From an uncultured Clostridia bacterium (lineage in GTDB: Bacteria; Bacillota; Clostridia; Christensenellales; UBA1242): a DNA stretch of 63,477 bases. The notes below the pieces were generated by a model that worked only from the letters and a program-made list of their open reading frames with translations, did no database searches and was not told where the DNA came from. The translations under genes were made by a program, and so were the position numbers. Shown here piece after piece: positions 1 to 8,993 of this stretch. Positions within the stretch are counted from its first letter, which is position 1; the number at the start of each line of letters is the position of its first letter. The DNA lies in the NCBI GenBank assembly GCA_944381105.1, contig CALWJU010000023.1, positions 1 to 63,477 of the forward strand. Reading direction: 5' to 3'.

Positions 1-102
1 CAGTGCGAATATTGCAATAAATATCACAGCAAGCACTAGTAAAAATAGCATTATCATTGCAGTCAATCGCCACCTATAACTTCTCTTGTACTTCTCGTCC
101 AT
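1..102 (-). CDS. N-terminal fragment of a membrane-anchored protein that continues past the window start. Its position after ftsW suggests FtsQ/DivIB, but that is only a guess.
   Basis: ATG at 102-100 (minus) has a GGGAGGG Shine-Dalgarno a few nt upstream. It translates to MDEKYKRSYRWRLTAMIMLFLLVLAVIFIAIFAL, a basic head plus one TM helix. It is absent from the ORF track because the window edge truncates it. Confidence 0.35.
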   Translation of the reverse strand, partial: MDEKYKRSYRWRLTAMIMLFLLVLAVIFIAIFAL

Positions 103-229
103 ATTTCCCTCCCTTTTTATCTTGTGAAAAATCTTATAAAATAAACTTTATTTTTCATCTTTATTTTACCCTTCCCCAACTTTTCATGTCAAGCAATTTG
201 GTAAAATTGTGCAAAATTTGTCAAAAAAG

Positions 230-1405
230 TCAATTTTTCTTTTGTTTAGTTAAACTTAGTTTTCTAAGTTTTTTAATCGAAATAGGTCTTATGTCTTCTC
301 CTTTGCTTTGTCTTAGTACGTTTAAGCATATTCCTATACCTGCCATAAAGACTGAGACAGATGTACCACCGCTTGAAATAAATGGAAGAGGAAGTCCAGT
401 AGGAGGAATAGAACCTGTTACGACTGCAATATTGAGAAGGGTTTGCACAGCAATTATAAAAGCCACTCCACTTACCAGCATTGCACCAAACCTATCCTTC
501 GCCGAAAGAGCGATTTTAATCAATCTATACACAAGTATAAAGAACACTAGCATAAGAATAGTTGTCCCTACAAAGCCAATTTCTTCGCCGATAATGGAAA
601 GTATAAAATCAGATTCAGCAAATGGCAAAAAGAGGTATTTTTGTCTTGAATTAAAGAGACCGACACCAAACCAACCGCCATCACCAAGAGAGTAAAGAGA
701 TTGAATAAGTTGAAAGCCTTCCCCTTGTGGAGATGCCCAAGGATCAATAAAAGCCAGAAGTCTTCGTAACCTGTATGGTTCAATCAAGATTAGGACTGGC
801 ACAACCGCACCAGCAGGCAGAGAGAACATAAGGGTATGCTTCTTGCTCATTCCTCCTATTATCAGCATGAAAAGAGTTACAAAAGCAATGCACATTGTTA
901 CACTCATAGAGGGTTCTAGCATAATTAACACGCACATAAACCCTCCAACTATTAAAACAGGCATAAGTCCTTTAAGTGTCTTAACTTTATCATGATTGTC
1001 AGACATATACCCTGCTATAAATATCACGAGAGCAAATTTGGCTATTTCCGATGGCTGAATAGAAAAACCGAGTATTGACACCCAGCGTTTAGCACCATAA
1101 CTTTCCATACCAAGACCTGGAATAAAAACTAGGGCAAGCAATACAAAAGTTATTGCAATTATCCACCATTTGTATTTTTTAAAGAGATGATAATCACAAA
1201 AAGTAAAGAACGTCATAGCAACAATGCCTAAAACAACACCTAATATCTGCTTTAATAGGAAGAAATATTTGTTTCCATAATGATAATTTGCACTATAATA
1301 GGACGCACTATAAACCATTAAGCACCCAAATATGACAAGTGCCATAACCAATAAACAAATAATTAAAATATCATTACGACATTTCGATTTTTTCAAAATT
1401 GTCAA
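230..1405 (-). CDS. ftsW: SEDS-family peptidoglycan glycosyltransferase (FtsW/SpoVE/RodA)
   Basis: 391-aa polytopic membrane ORF with family motifs GAKRW...QPSEIAKF and LPFISSGGTS. It lies directly downstream of murD in dcw order, and its start overlaps the murD 3' end by 32 nt. Confidence 0.85.
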   Translation of the reverse strand: MTILKKSKCRNDILIICLLVMALVIFGCLMVYSASYYSANYHYGNKYFFLLKQILGVVLGIVAMTFFTFCDYHLFKKYKWWIIAITFVLLALVFIPGLGMESYGAKRWVSILGFSIQPSEIAKFALVIFIAGYMSDNHDKVKTLKGLMPVLIVGGFMCVLIMLEPSMSVTMCIAFVTLFMLIIGGMSKKHTLMFSLPAGAVVPVLILIEPYRLRRLLAFIDPWASPQGEGFQLIQSLYSLGDGGWFGVGLFNSRQKYLFLPFAESDFILSIIGEEIGFVGTTILMLVFFILVYRLIKIALSAKDRFGAMLVSGVAFIIAVQTLLNIAVVTGSIPPTGLPLPFISSGGTSVSVFMAGIGICLNVLRQSKGEDIRPISIKKLRKLSLTKQKKN

Positions 1406-2681
1406 ACATTATCTCCTTAAAAACCTCTCCTCTTGCCGAATATGAGGAAAACTCATCAAAACTTGCACATGCTGGCGAGAGAAGTATCTTTTGCCCCTCG
1501 CAAGCATTTACCTTTGCGTAATAAGTGGCAGATTTCATAGAGGGAAATATTTGAGATGAGTAGCCATATTTTTCTGCACATTCAGCAATTTCTCCACCTG
1601 CCTGACCAAAACAAATCAAATTTTCAAAATCATAATTTTTATTAAAAATCTCGTCATATGTCTCGCCTTTACTTTGTCCGCCTAATAGAAGCACAAGCCC
1701 TCTTTCTCCCAGAGAGTTTATTGCCGATAGCGTTGCCGAAACATTAGTGGCTTTTGAGTCATCAAATACATCTGCACCATTTACCTGACCTAGATATTCA
1801 AGTCTATGTGGTGGTGCTTTAAATGAAATTATTGCCTCTCTTAGTACATTTGGTTTAATTTTGAATTTGACCGAAATAGCAACAGCAGCCAAAACATTCT
1901 CTAAATTTTTTTGTCCAAACAAAGTGATGTCATTTAGTGATATTATTTTATTATTGTTGTAATAGATTGCGTTATTTTTAATAAAAACACCTTTATTTAG
2001 CAATTTTTTAGAAAAAAATGTTGTTTTTTTATCTATTTTTAAAATTTTTGTTTCTTCATCATCAAAATTTAAAACCACCTTTTGTTTGCCACCTGTTAGT
2101 ATTTTTTCTTTAACACGTTTATATTCTTGATAACTACCATGTCTATCCAGATGATCAGGAGCAAGGTTTAATATACATGCCAAATTCGGTTTAAAATATC
2201 TTGAAAGTTCTAATTGAAAATTGCTGACCTCGACAATAGAGTTTGAGGTGTTACTACTTTTCAAAGCAACAGAGGATAACGGCAAGCCAATATTCCCGCA
2301 AACAAAAGTCTGTTTGCCTGCTTTTTTAAATATCTCTCCAACAAGAGATGTAACCGTCGTTTTACCATTTGTCCCAGTTATGCCTATAATTTTGCCTTTT
2401 GTAAAAAGATAGCCAAGGTCGAGTTCGCTAATGATAGGTGTTTTGCTCATTATAAAATGAGAAATTATCTGATTTCCTATCACCTTTATTCCAGGGCTCA
2501 CCACTACCAAATCGTACTTTTTTAGTAATGGCTCTGTCTCAAAACTATAAACATTTGAAAAACGTTTCTCGTCATCATATATGCTCACGCATGCACCTTT
2601 CTCATGCAGTAGTTTGCAGGCTGACTGTCCGCTTATGCCCATGCCATATACTAAAACTTTTTTGCCTTTTAACCTAATCAT
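1374..2681 (-). CDS. murD: UDP-N-acetylmuramoyl-L-alanine--D-glutamate ligase
   Basis: It has the Rossmann motif VLVYGMGISGQS and the Mur-ligase P-loop GITGTNGKTT. I moved the start to ATG 2681 (MIRLKGKK...), which forms an ATGA overlap with the mraY stop. The ORF-track start at 2729 lies inside mraY. Confidence 0.9.
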   Translation of the reverse strand: MIRLKGKKVLVYGMGISGQSACKLLHEKGACVSIYDDEKRFSNVYSFETEPLLKKYDLVVVSPGIKVIGNQIISHFIMSKTPIISELDLGYLFTKGKIIGITGTNGKTTVTSLVGEIFKKAGKQTFVCGNIGLPLSSVALKSSNTSNSIVEVSNFQLELSRYFKPNLACILNLAPDHLDRHGSYQEYKRVKEKILTGGKQKVVLNFDDEETKILKIDKKTTFFSKKLLNKGVFIKNNAIYYNNNKIISLNDITLFGQKNLENVLAAVAISVKFKIKPNVLREAIISFKAPPHRLEYLGQVNGADVFDDSKATNVSATLSAINSLGERGLVLLLGGQSKGETYDEIFNKNYDFENLICFGQAGGEIAECAEKYGYSSQIFPSMKSATYYAKVNACEGQKILLSPACASFDEFSSYSARGEVFKEIMFDNFEKIEMS

Positions 2682-3637
2682 ATTACCCCTGTAACAAACA
2701 TATACCCTATAAGCGAACCAAGTCCGCAAACAAGAGTTATTATTATATATACTGCCACAATTCGATTTTCATGCACGCCATTTTTCTCAAAATGGTGATG
2801 AAGAGGTGTCATTTTAAATATTCTCTTATGCGTCTTTTTAAAGTATAGGACTTGAATAATATCAGATAGAGCAGACAATACAAACATTATCCCTATTATT
2901 GCCATAATTAGTTCGAGCCTCGAAAACACAGCAAGGCTTGCGATAGCCCCACCAAGAGCAAGAGATCCTGTATCTCCCATGAATATTTTGGCGGGAAAAC
3001 AATTGAAGACCAAAAAGCCTAACAAAGAACCAGCAAGAGCAAATGAAATTATAGAATAATTACTTTCACCAAGGAGAGCAACAATCACACCAAAAATTAA
3101 TAGATAAACCATACTTACACCGCCAGCAAGTCCATCTAGTCCGTCAGTAAGATTTACCGAATTTGTAACCGCAACATAGAAAAAGACTATAAAAGGGATA
3201 ATAAATAGTCCAAGGTCAATTTCAAAACCAAACAAATTGATGGAAGTTCCTATATTAAAATAAGCAAAAATTGCAAGTATTAGCGCCAGAGAAACCTGTC
3301 CTATTATCTTTTGATAAGGCTTTAACCCCTCATTTTTATGGTATTTAATCTTTATAAAATCATCAAGAAAGCCAAGGACTCCATATCCAAGCATGGCAAG
3401 AAGAATTAACACAGGAGTATAAAACTTACCCCTAATAAAAATCAGGCTTGCAATTATACTTGATAAAATAAAAATCACACCGCCCATGGTAGGAGTTCCA
3501 CTTTTACCTGCATGCTTGTCCACATAATGCAAAATTGTTTGTTGAATATGAAATTTCTTTGATATTTTTATGACAGGAAAACCTATTATTAAGGCAAGAA
3601 CAAGTCCAACTATAAAAACCAATAAAAAATCAAGCAT
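2678..3637 (-). CDS. mraY: phospho-N-acetylmuramoyl-pentapeptide transferase
   Basis: Membrane ORF with MraY motifs GTPTMGG, NLTDGLDGLAGG, MGDTGSLALGG and PLHHHFE. I set the start to ATG 3637, which is preceded by a GAGGTGG SD. Confidence 0.9.
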   Translation of the reverse strand: MLDFLLVFIVGLVLALIIGFPVIKISKKFHIQQTILHYVDKHAGKSGTPTMGGVIFILSSIIASLIFIRGKFYTPVLILLAMLGYGVLGFLDDFIKIKYHKNEGLKPYQKIIGQVSLALILAIFAYFNIGTSINLFGFEIDLGLFIIPFIVFFYVAVTNSVNLTDGLDGLAGGVSMVYLLIFGVIVALLGESNYSIISFALAGSLLGFLVFNCFPAKIFMGDTGSLALGGAIASLAVFSRLELIMAIIGIMFVLSALSDIIQVLYFKKTHKRIFKMTPLHHHFEKNGVHENRIVAVYIIITLVCGLGSLIGYMFVTGVI

Positions 3638-3754
3638 ACACCACCTCAAAATATATTTATTTAATATTTTGTGCAAGTATGCTTGAAAAAATTAATTTAT
3701 ATTGAATAAATGTTCTCTATTTTTGATTTTTGTTATTTATAAATTTCTTTTGCG

Positions 3755-5266
3755 CTATTCTCTTTCCTCTTCATCTAAACAATTTGCCAATTGACTAGGA
3801 CTTTCTTGTTTGTTTTCATTGTCTATTAAACACATCTTTTCTCTATAATATTCATAGACCACATCAAAATCATTATAAGGATATTTTTCTCCTTTAATTT
3901 CTTGATATTTTTCTCCGCCTTTGCCAGCGATTACAATTGTTTCATTTTGATTAAATTTTTCAAGGGCGTATCTTATTGCTTCTTTCCTATTTTCTATAAC
4001 CTTGCAATTTTTCACCACTCCATCAACTATATCGCCTATTATTGCATAAGGATCTTCATAGCGAGGATTATCGCTTGTCAAGATTACCTCATCTGCAAGA
4101 CGTGAGGCAATTGTCCCCATAATAGAACGTTTTTGTCTATCACGATTTCCGCCACAGCCAAATATGGCAACTAGTTTGTTAGATGAAAGTTCTTTGGCAG
4201 TTTTTAATATTTTTTCTAGTCCATCAGGAGTATGGGCATAGTCAATCACAATGTTGTTGTCCCCCATTTTTATGACATTAAATCTTCCCTCGACTGGATT
4301 TATACAACTCATACCTAAACTTATCAATTCCTTTGGCTCACCTAAACTTCGACATATCGCAATTGAGGCAAGGGCGTTTTGAATATTATATTCCCCTATT
4401 AAATTGCTCTTAATTTTAAACTTCTCCCCCAAACACTCACAGTCAAAGGTTGAGCCACTGAAAGACTTTTGGATATTTTTTGCATTTACATCACAAAAAT
4501 CACTGAGTCCATAGGAAATTACAGGTACTTTCGGGCGCAATAATAAACCTCGACCTATATGATCATCTCCGCATATAATTCCAAGTTTAACTCTATTTTT
4601 ATCAAAAAGTTTAAGTTTGGCATTTGCATAGTTTTCCATATTGCCAAAAAAATCGAGATGGTCCTCGGTAATATTTGTCAGAACTCCTAGATCAAAATTT
4701 ATACCATCAAGTTTATTAAGAGCAAGGGCGTGAGCAGAGGCTTCCATTACCACACATTCACATCCATTTTCTTTCATTTCTTTAAACAGTTTGTGTAGCA
4801 TGTATGGATCAGGTGTGGTAAGTCCTGTATCCACCACTTTGTCGTCAATTTTCGCACCCATAGTTCCTATAAGTCCCGCCTTTACACCAGAGTAACGTAA
4901 AAGTTCATAGGTTGTCGAGGCAGTTGTAGTTTTTCCATTTGTTCCAGTAATTCCAACAATCTTTAACTTATCGCAACACCTGCCGAAAAAATTTTTACAA
5001 GCAAGAGCATAAGCACTTCTTGCATCTTCTACCACAACAACTCTCTTGTCATCACTCGGATGCTGAGAAAATATAACACTAGCACCTTTGTCTAATGCGT
5101 TATTTATAAAGTTATTTCCATCAAAGTTTTTCCCTTCAAGTGCAATAAACAAGTCCCCTTTACGTACATCCTTATCAGATATTTTTATATCACTTATTTC
5201 TGTCTCATCGAGAGAGGTGTCATAATTTTTAATTCTTATATCCTGTAATATGTGTGATAATTTCAT
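3755..5266 (-). CDS. murE: UDP-N-acetylmuramoyl-L-alanyl-D-glutamate--2,6-diaminopimelate ligase
   Basis: Mur-ligase P-loop GITGTNGKTT. The DNPR motif (LTSDNPRYEDP) is characteristic of meso-DAP-adding MurE. Confidence 0.9.
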   Translation of the reverse strand: MKLSHILQDIRIKNYDTSLDETEISDIKISDKDVRKGDLFIALEGKNFDGNNFINNALDKGASVIFSQHPSDDKRVVVVEDARSAYALACKNFFGRCCDKLKIVGITGTNGKTTTASTTYELLRYSGVKAGLIGTMGAKIDDKVVDTGLTTPDPYMLHKLFKEMKENGCECVVMEASAHALALNKLDGINFDLGVLTNITEDHLDFFGNMENYANAKLKLFDKNRVKLGIICGDDHIGRGLLLRPKVPVISYGLSDFCDVNAKNIQKSFSGSTFDCECLGEKFKIKSNLIGEYNIQNALASIAICRSLGEPKELISLGMSCINPVEGRFNVIKMGDNNIVIDYAHTPDGLEKILKTAKELSSNKLVAIFGCGGNRDRQKRSIMGTIASRLADEVILTSDNPRYEDPYAIIGDIVDGVVKNCKVIENRKEAIRYALEKFNQNETIVIAGKGGEKYQEIKGEKYPYNDFDVVYEYYREKMCLIDNENKQESPSQLANCLDEEERE

Positions 5267-5413
5267 TTTTTGCCTCCATTATTCCAATTATACTCAGTTA
5301 TTAAAAAATTGAGTTATAGACGACAAATTAACTCAATTATATTAAATTATTGACACTAACACTAAAAAATCAATAAAAAGCGACAAAAGTATGTTTTTAA
5401 GTATTAAAGATTA

Positions 5414-5565
5414 TATTATCGGAAGTTGTCGTCAAGCAGGGCAAAGCCATATTTGACAGCAACTGATGGTCATACATACTATGTGATGAGTGCTAAAAGC
5501 ACACAAATTCGCAAGAATTTAATAAAATTTTGCGTTAGTAAAATTTTATCATCACTTAGTTTATA
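5414..5565 (+). repeat. Modular cloverleaf repeat, unit A1 (alpha cassette, variant long 5' hairpin)
   Basis: The 5' module is TATCGGAAG + hairpin GTTGTCGTCAA/TTGACAGCAAC + CTGATGG. Closing stem ACTATGTGATGA (5478-5489) / TCATCACTTAGT (5549-5560) encloses three hairpins: GTGCT-AAA-AGCAC, AAATTC-GCAA-GAATTT and TAAAATTTT-N8-AAAATTTTA. Confidence 0.85.
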
Positions 5566-5702
5566 ATATCGGAAGTCGAACTTGCTTGCAAGAGTGAGAC
5601 TGATGGTCATACATACTATGTGATGAACACAATTTATTGTGTTTTTGCGTTTAGCAAAATTAAAATTTAACTTGCTTAAATTTTAACATCACGTAGTTTA
5701 TA
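5566..5702 (+). repeat. Modular cloverleaf repeat, unit A2 (beta cassette), in tandem with A1
   Basis: The 5' module is TATCGGAAGTCGAACTTGCTTGCAAGAGTGAGACTGATGG. Closing stem ACTATGTGATG (5615-5625) / CATCACGTAGT (5687-5697) encloses ACACAAT-TT-ATTGTGT, TTTTGC-GTTTA-GCAAAA and TTAAAATTTAA-CTTGC-TTAAATTTTAA. Confidence 0.85.
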
Positions 5703-5746
5703 TTTTAGGGAAGGACAATCAAGAAAAGTTATAGACAGGGATAAAT

Positions 5747-8700
5747 ATGGACTACCTCAAAGAAGACTTAAAAAACTTACTCAGTTGTAAGATAATATCG
5801 AACGTCGGAGAGGGCGAGAAGATAATGATTATGCAAAACTTATCTCGCCTAATTTTTTTGTGTCCAAATTTTGTTAGTGCAGGAAAGATTAAGAGAGGAC
5901 TTGAATCTTTTGGTAAAAAGGTTGAGATAGTTTCAAGTGCGAGAGAGAACGAAGACGTTCATGACAAAAACCTCATGCCGTTTATCGAGAGTATAAATAG
6001 ATATTTGCTCGGAGAAATTGATGCTCTCATCTTTTTGCCCTGCTCAATGATAATAAAATTTGACCTAAATAAGTTTAGGGCAATTGAAATAAAGAAAGAC
6101 CAGACAATAAGACTAAATGACTTGATAGAAAATCTTGTGTCCTATGGATATGAGAGAACTAGTCTTGTCGCAAACCCAGGAGAGTTTGCATTAAGAGGAG
6201 ATATACTTGATATATTTACGCCAACAGCAGAAAATCCATTTAGGATAGAGTTCTTTGATGACTTTGTTGAAAATATTTCTGTTTTTGACCCAAGTACGAT
6301 GAAAAACATTGAAAAACTTGAAAAGACAATTATACCACTCGCTCTTTTACCACTTGGCGATAATGACGTGTTTGACCTTGATGGCAAGAAAATTCTTGAT
6401 GAACCTAAAAGACTTGACGAGGAAATATCACTTTTAATGGCTTCCTATTCTGCTATGTCCTTTTACCGACATGAAAATTATCAAAATTTTGATGCCTTGC
6501 AAAGCAAAAGTGATATGATATTTGATAACTTTCAAACGATTAGACCTGACTATCACAATGAAAAGGTTGGTGAGCAAAGTTATCTTACAAATTTTATGCT
6601 TTTAAAACAGGATATAAACGATTTTATAAATTTGAAACAAGGGATAATTTTATTTGCTGGTAGTGATAGATACTGTAAAACTCTCTCCGATTTTTTAACT
6701 GAAAATGGAATAAATTTTACTTCATATAGCGGACAAAAGATTGAAGAGGGCAATGTCTATATCTCTTCTCTTGCATGTCCTTATAGTTTTTCATTTTTAA
6801 AAGAGGGTGTTGTCGGTATTGGATGTGATAGTCTATTTAGAAACACTCTTGCCACCTTTACAAAGAGTAAACACTCTGTATTTTATCTGCCAAAACTTGG
6901 CGATTATGTTGTACACACCTTTCATGGTATAGGCAAATGTATCAAGATTGAGAGGATGAAAATATCTGACGTAGAAAAAGATTACTTTGTAATCGAGTAC
7001 AAAAACGGAGATATATTATATCTTCCAAGTGAAGAGGCAAACACCATATCAGCCTATATTGGAAGCGAAGAAAGTCCAAAACTTTCATCTCTCGGTGGCG
7101 GTGAGTTTACAAGGCTCAAACAAAGAGTAAGAGCAAGCATAAAAGAGATGGCTATAAACCTTGTGGAGATGTACAAGGCAAGGGAGACCTTGAAAGGCTT
7201 TAAATTTAAACGTGATGACTACTTAGAAAAGCAATTTGCCGACGACTTTGGCTATCAAGAGACGCCAGACCAGATAAAAGCAATCATGGACGTTGATAAG
7301 GATATGGAAAGTGATAAGGTTATGGATAGGCTTATCTGTGGCGATGTAGGTTTTGGCAAGACCGAAGTCGCTCTTAGAGGGGCTTTTAAATGTATCTATA
7401 ATGGTAAGCAGGTTGCCCTCCTTTGTCCTACGACCATCCTATCGCAACAGCACTACATGTCAGCAAAGCAAAGGTTAGAACCTTTTGGCGTTCAAGTTGA
7501 GGTCATCAATCGTTTTAAATCGCCCTCGCAAATCAAAGAGATAATAAGAAAAACAAAAGATGGCGAGATAGATATGCTTATTGGTACACATAAAATACTT
7601 AGCGACAGCGTTGAGTTTGCAGACTTAGGATTGTTAATTTTAGACGAAGAACAGCGTTTTGGAGTGGAACATAAAGAAAAAATAAAGAATAAGCATAGAA
7701 ATGTTGATGTACTTACTCTTTCAGCGACGCCTATTCCTAGGACGCTAAACATGTCGCTTTCTGGCATACGAGATATTTCTGTTATAGAGACGCCACCACG
7801 TGATAGACTTCCTATACAGACCTATCTAGCCGAAGAGAATGACCAACTGATTAAGGACGTAATAAATAGAGAGCTTGCTCGTGGCGGACAGGCGTTTATC
7901 ATATATAATAGAGTAGAAAGCATAGAGGAGTTTGCCTCGCACATAAGAAAACTTTTGCCTAGTGCAAGTGTAGGAGTTGCACACGGTCAAATGCCAGAGA
8001 AACTCCTAGAAAATGTGATTGATAGGTTGTACAAGGGCTTTTATAATGTGCTTGTGTCTACAACTCTAATTGAAAATGGAATAAATCTTCCTCTTGCAAA
8101 TACCATGATTGTAATCGAGGCTGATAGATTAGGACTAAGCCAACTCTATCAACTTAGAGGAAGAATAGGGCGTAGCGATAGGCTTAGTTATGCCTATTTA
8201 ACCTATGTAAAAGATAAACATCTTACAGATGAGGCTTATAAGAGACTTGAAGCAATCAAGGAGTTTAGTCAACTCGGCAGTGGTTTTAAAATAGCCATGA
8301 AAGACCTAGAAATAAGGGGAGCAGGTAATATTTTTGGCAAGGAGCAACATGGCCATATTGCTAAGGTAGGATATGACATGTTCGTCAAACTGCTTGATGA
8401 AGAGGTTAAGGAGGTTAAGGGCGAAAAGGTTGAAATTAAAAACGACGTTAGGCTTGAAATATCGCTCAGTGGCTTTATTAGCGAGAATTATATATCAGAC
8501 GATGAGCAGAGAATTGTATACTATACAAGAATAAGCGAAATATCCTCACAAGAGGAGGAGAAGAATATACTTCAAAGTCTTAGAGATGGTTATGGCGAGC
8601 CTCCACAAGAGATAATAAATCTTTGCCAACTTGCATATCTAAGAAACATTGCTGGTAATTTTGGAGTTACAAAAATAAGGGTAAATAAGTATGATATGTT

Positions 8701-8878
8701 GGTATTTTTAGACAAAAAAGAGGAAATAATAGACCAAAGACTATCAAAATACATCTCTGAATTTTCTGGCAAATTAGCCTTTGATAGTTCGGTTAAGATA
8801 AAATTTGACTGCTTGTGTTCGGTGGCGGAAAAAGTGAAAAGATTGATTGATTTCTTTGAAAAAGCATTAAAAGAGTAA
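5747..8878 (+). CDS. mfd: transcription-repair coupling factor
   Basis: 1043 aa with a CarD/TRCF-like GDYVVHTFHGIGK, helicase Walker A GDVGFGKTEVA, DEEQRFG box and SATPIPRTL. Confidence 0.9.
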   Translation: MDYLKEDLKNLLSCKIISNVGEGEKIMIMQNLSRLIFLCPNFVSAGKIKRGLESFGKKVEIVSSARENEDVHDKNLMPFIESINRYLLGEIDALIFLPCSMIIKFDLNKFRAIEIKKDQTIRLNDLIENLVSYGYERTSLVANPGEFALRGDILDIFTPTAENPFRIEFFDDFVENISVFDPSTMKNIEKLEKTIIPLALLPLGDNDVFDLDGKKILDEPKRLDEEISLLMASYSAMSFYRHENYQNFDALQSKSDMIFDNFQTIRPDYHNEKVGEQSYLTNFMLLKQDINDFINLKQGIILFAGSDRYCKTLSDFLTENGINFTSYSGQKIEEGNVYISSLACPYSFSFLKEGVVGIGCDSLFRNTLATFTKSKHSVFYLPKLGDYVVHTFHGIGKCIKIERMKISDVEKDYFVIEYKNGDILYLPSEEANTISAYIGSEESPKLSSLGGGEFTRLKQRVRASIKEMAINLVEMYKARETLKGFKFKRDDYLEKQFADDFGYQETPDQIKAIMDVDKDMESDKVMDRLICGDVGFGKTEVALRGAFKCIYNGKQVALLCPTTILSQQHYMSAKQRLEPFGVQVEVINRFKSPSQIKEIIRKTKDGEIDMLIGTHKILSDSVEFADLGLLILDEEQRFGVEHKEKIKNKHRNVDVLTLSATPIPRTLNMSLSGIRDISVIETPPRDRLPIQTYLAEENDQLIKDVINRELARGGQAFIIYNRVESIEEFASHIRKLLPSASVGVAHGQMPEKLLENVIDRLYKGFYNVLVSTTLIENGINLPLANTMIVIEADRLGLSQLYQLRGRIGRSDRLSYAYLTYVKDKHLTDEAYKRLEAIKEFSQLGSGFKIAMKDLEIRGAGNIFGKEQHGHIAKVGYDMFVKLLDEEVKEVKGEKVEIKNDVRLEISLSGFISENYISDDEQRIVYYTRISEISSQEEEKNILQSLRDGYGEPPQEIINLCQLAYLRNIAGNFGVTKIRVNKYDMLVFLDKKEEIIDQRLSKYISEFSGKLAFDSSVKIKFDCLCSVAEKVKRLIDFFEKALKE

Positions 8879-8993
8879 AAAAATAACCAGATTGAATAAA
8901 TTTTTTCTCGAAATGCTTAAAAATGTTTGAAAAATTAGATAATAATGTGTTATATTTAAGAGTACGAATATTGTTTAGCAATATGGAGAGACA

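Noticed and set aside
57-783. ORFs 57-695 (+) and 568-783 (-), which overlap ftsW. The same applies to many antisense or out-of-frame ORFs inside conserved genes: 2221-2412, 3902-4105, 6142-6387, 7492-7767, 8590-8981, 11051-11351, 14529-14789, 15674-16425, 19201-19476, 19942-20127, 20463-20696, 21647-21874, 30415-30720, 34664-34870, 36074-36442, 37117-37383, 37578-38348, 38468-39292, 41653-41940, 43312-44013, 44687-44869, 46087-46613, 47295-47489, 47984-48638, 50941-53179, 54131-54765, 59589-59998 and 61854-63050.
   Set aside because: Each lies inside, or antisense to, an ORF with unmistakable conserved motifs. They have low-complexity or stop-poor composition typical of AT-rich shadow frames, and none has an SD or promoter.
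2678-2680. An alternative genetic code (TGA as Trp, as in Mollicutes, or TAG reassignment suggested by the in-frame TAG at 38248).
   Set aside because: TGA terminates mraY exactly at an ATGA junction with murD. TAG terminates rpoB, rpoC and the VirB4-like gene at their expected ends, and TAA terminates mfd and the giant gene. All conserved proteins are full length under the standard code.
5461-5489. C/D-box or K-turn reading of CTGATGG...GTGATGA inside the repeat units. A hammerhead CUGAUGA core was also considered.
   Set aside because: GTGATGA is fully consumed by the 12-bp closing stem. The spacing and order do not fit a C/D or C'/D' pair. No GAAA or cleavage-site context for a hammerhead is present.
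5414-5702. The tandem repeat units as a CRISPR array.
   Set aside because: There are only two adjacent units per locus, and the variable parts are just two recurring cassettes rather than unique spacers. The units are about 140 nt long, and no cas genes are in the window.
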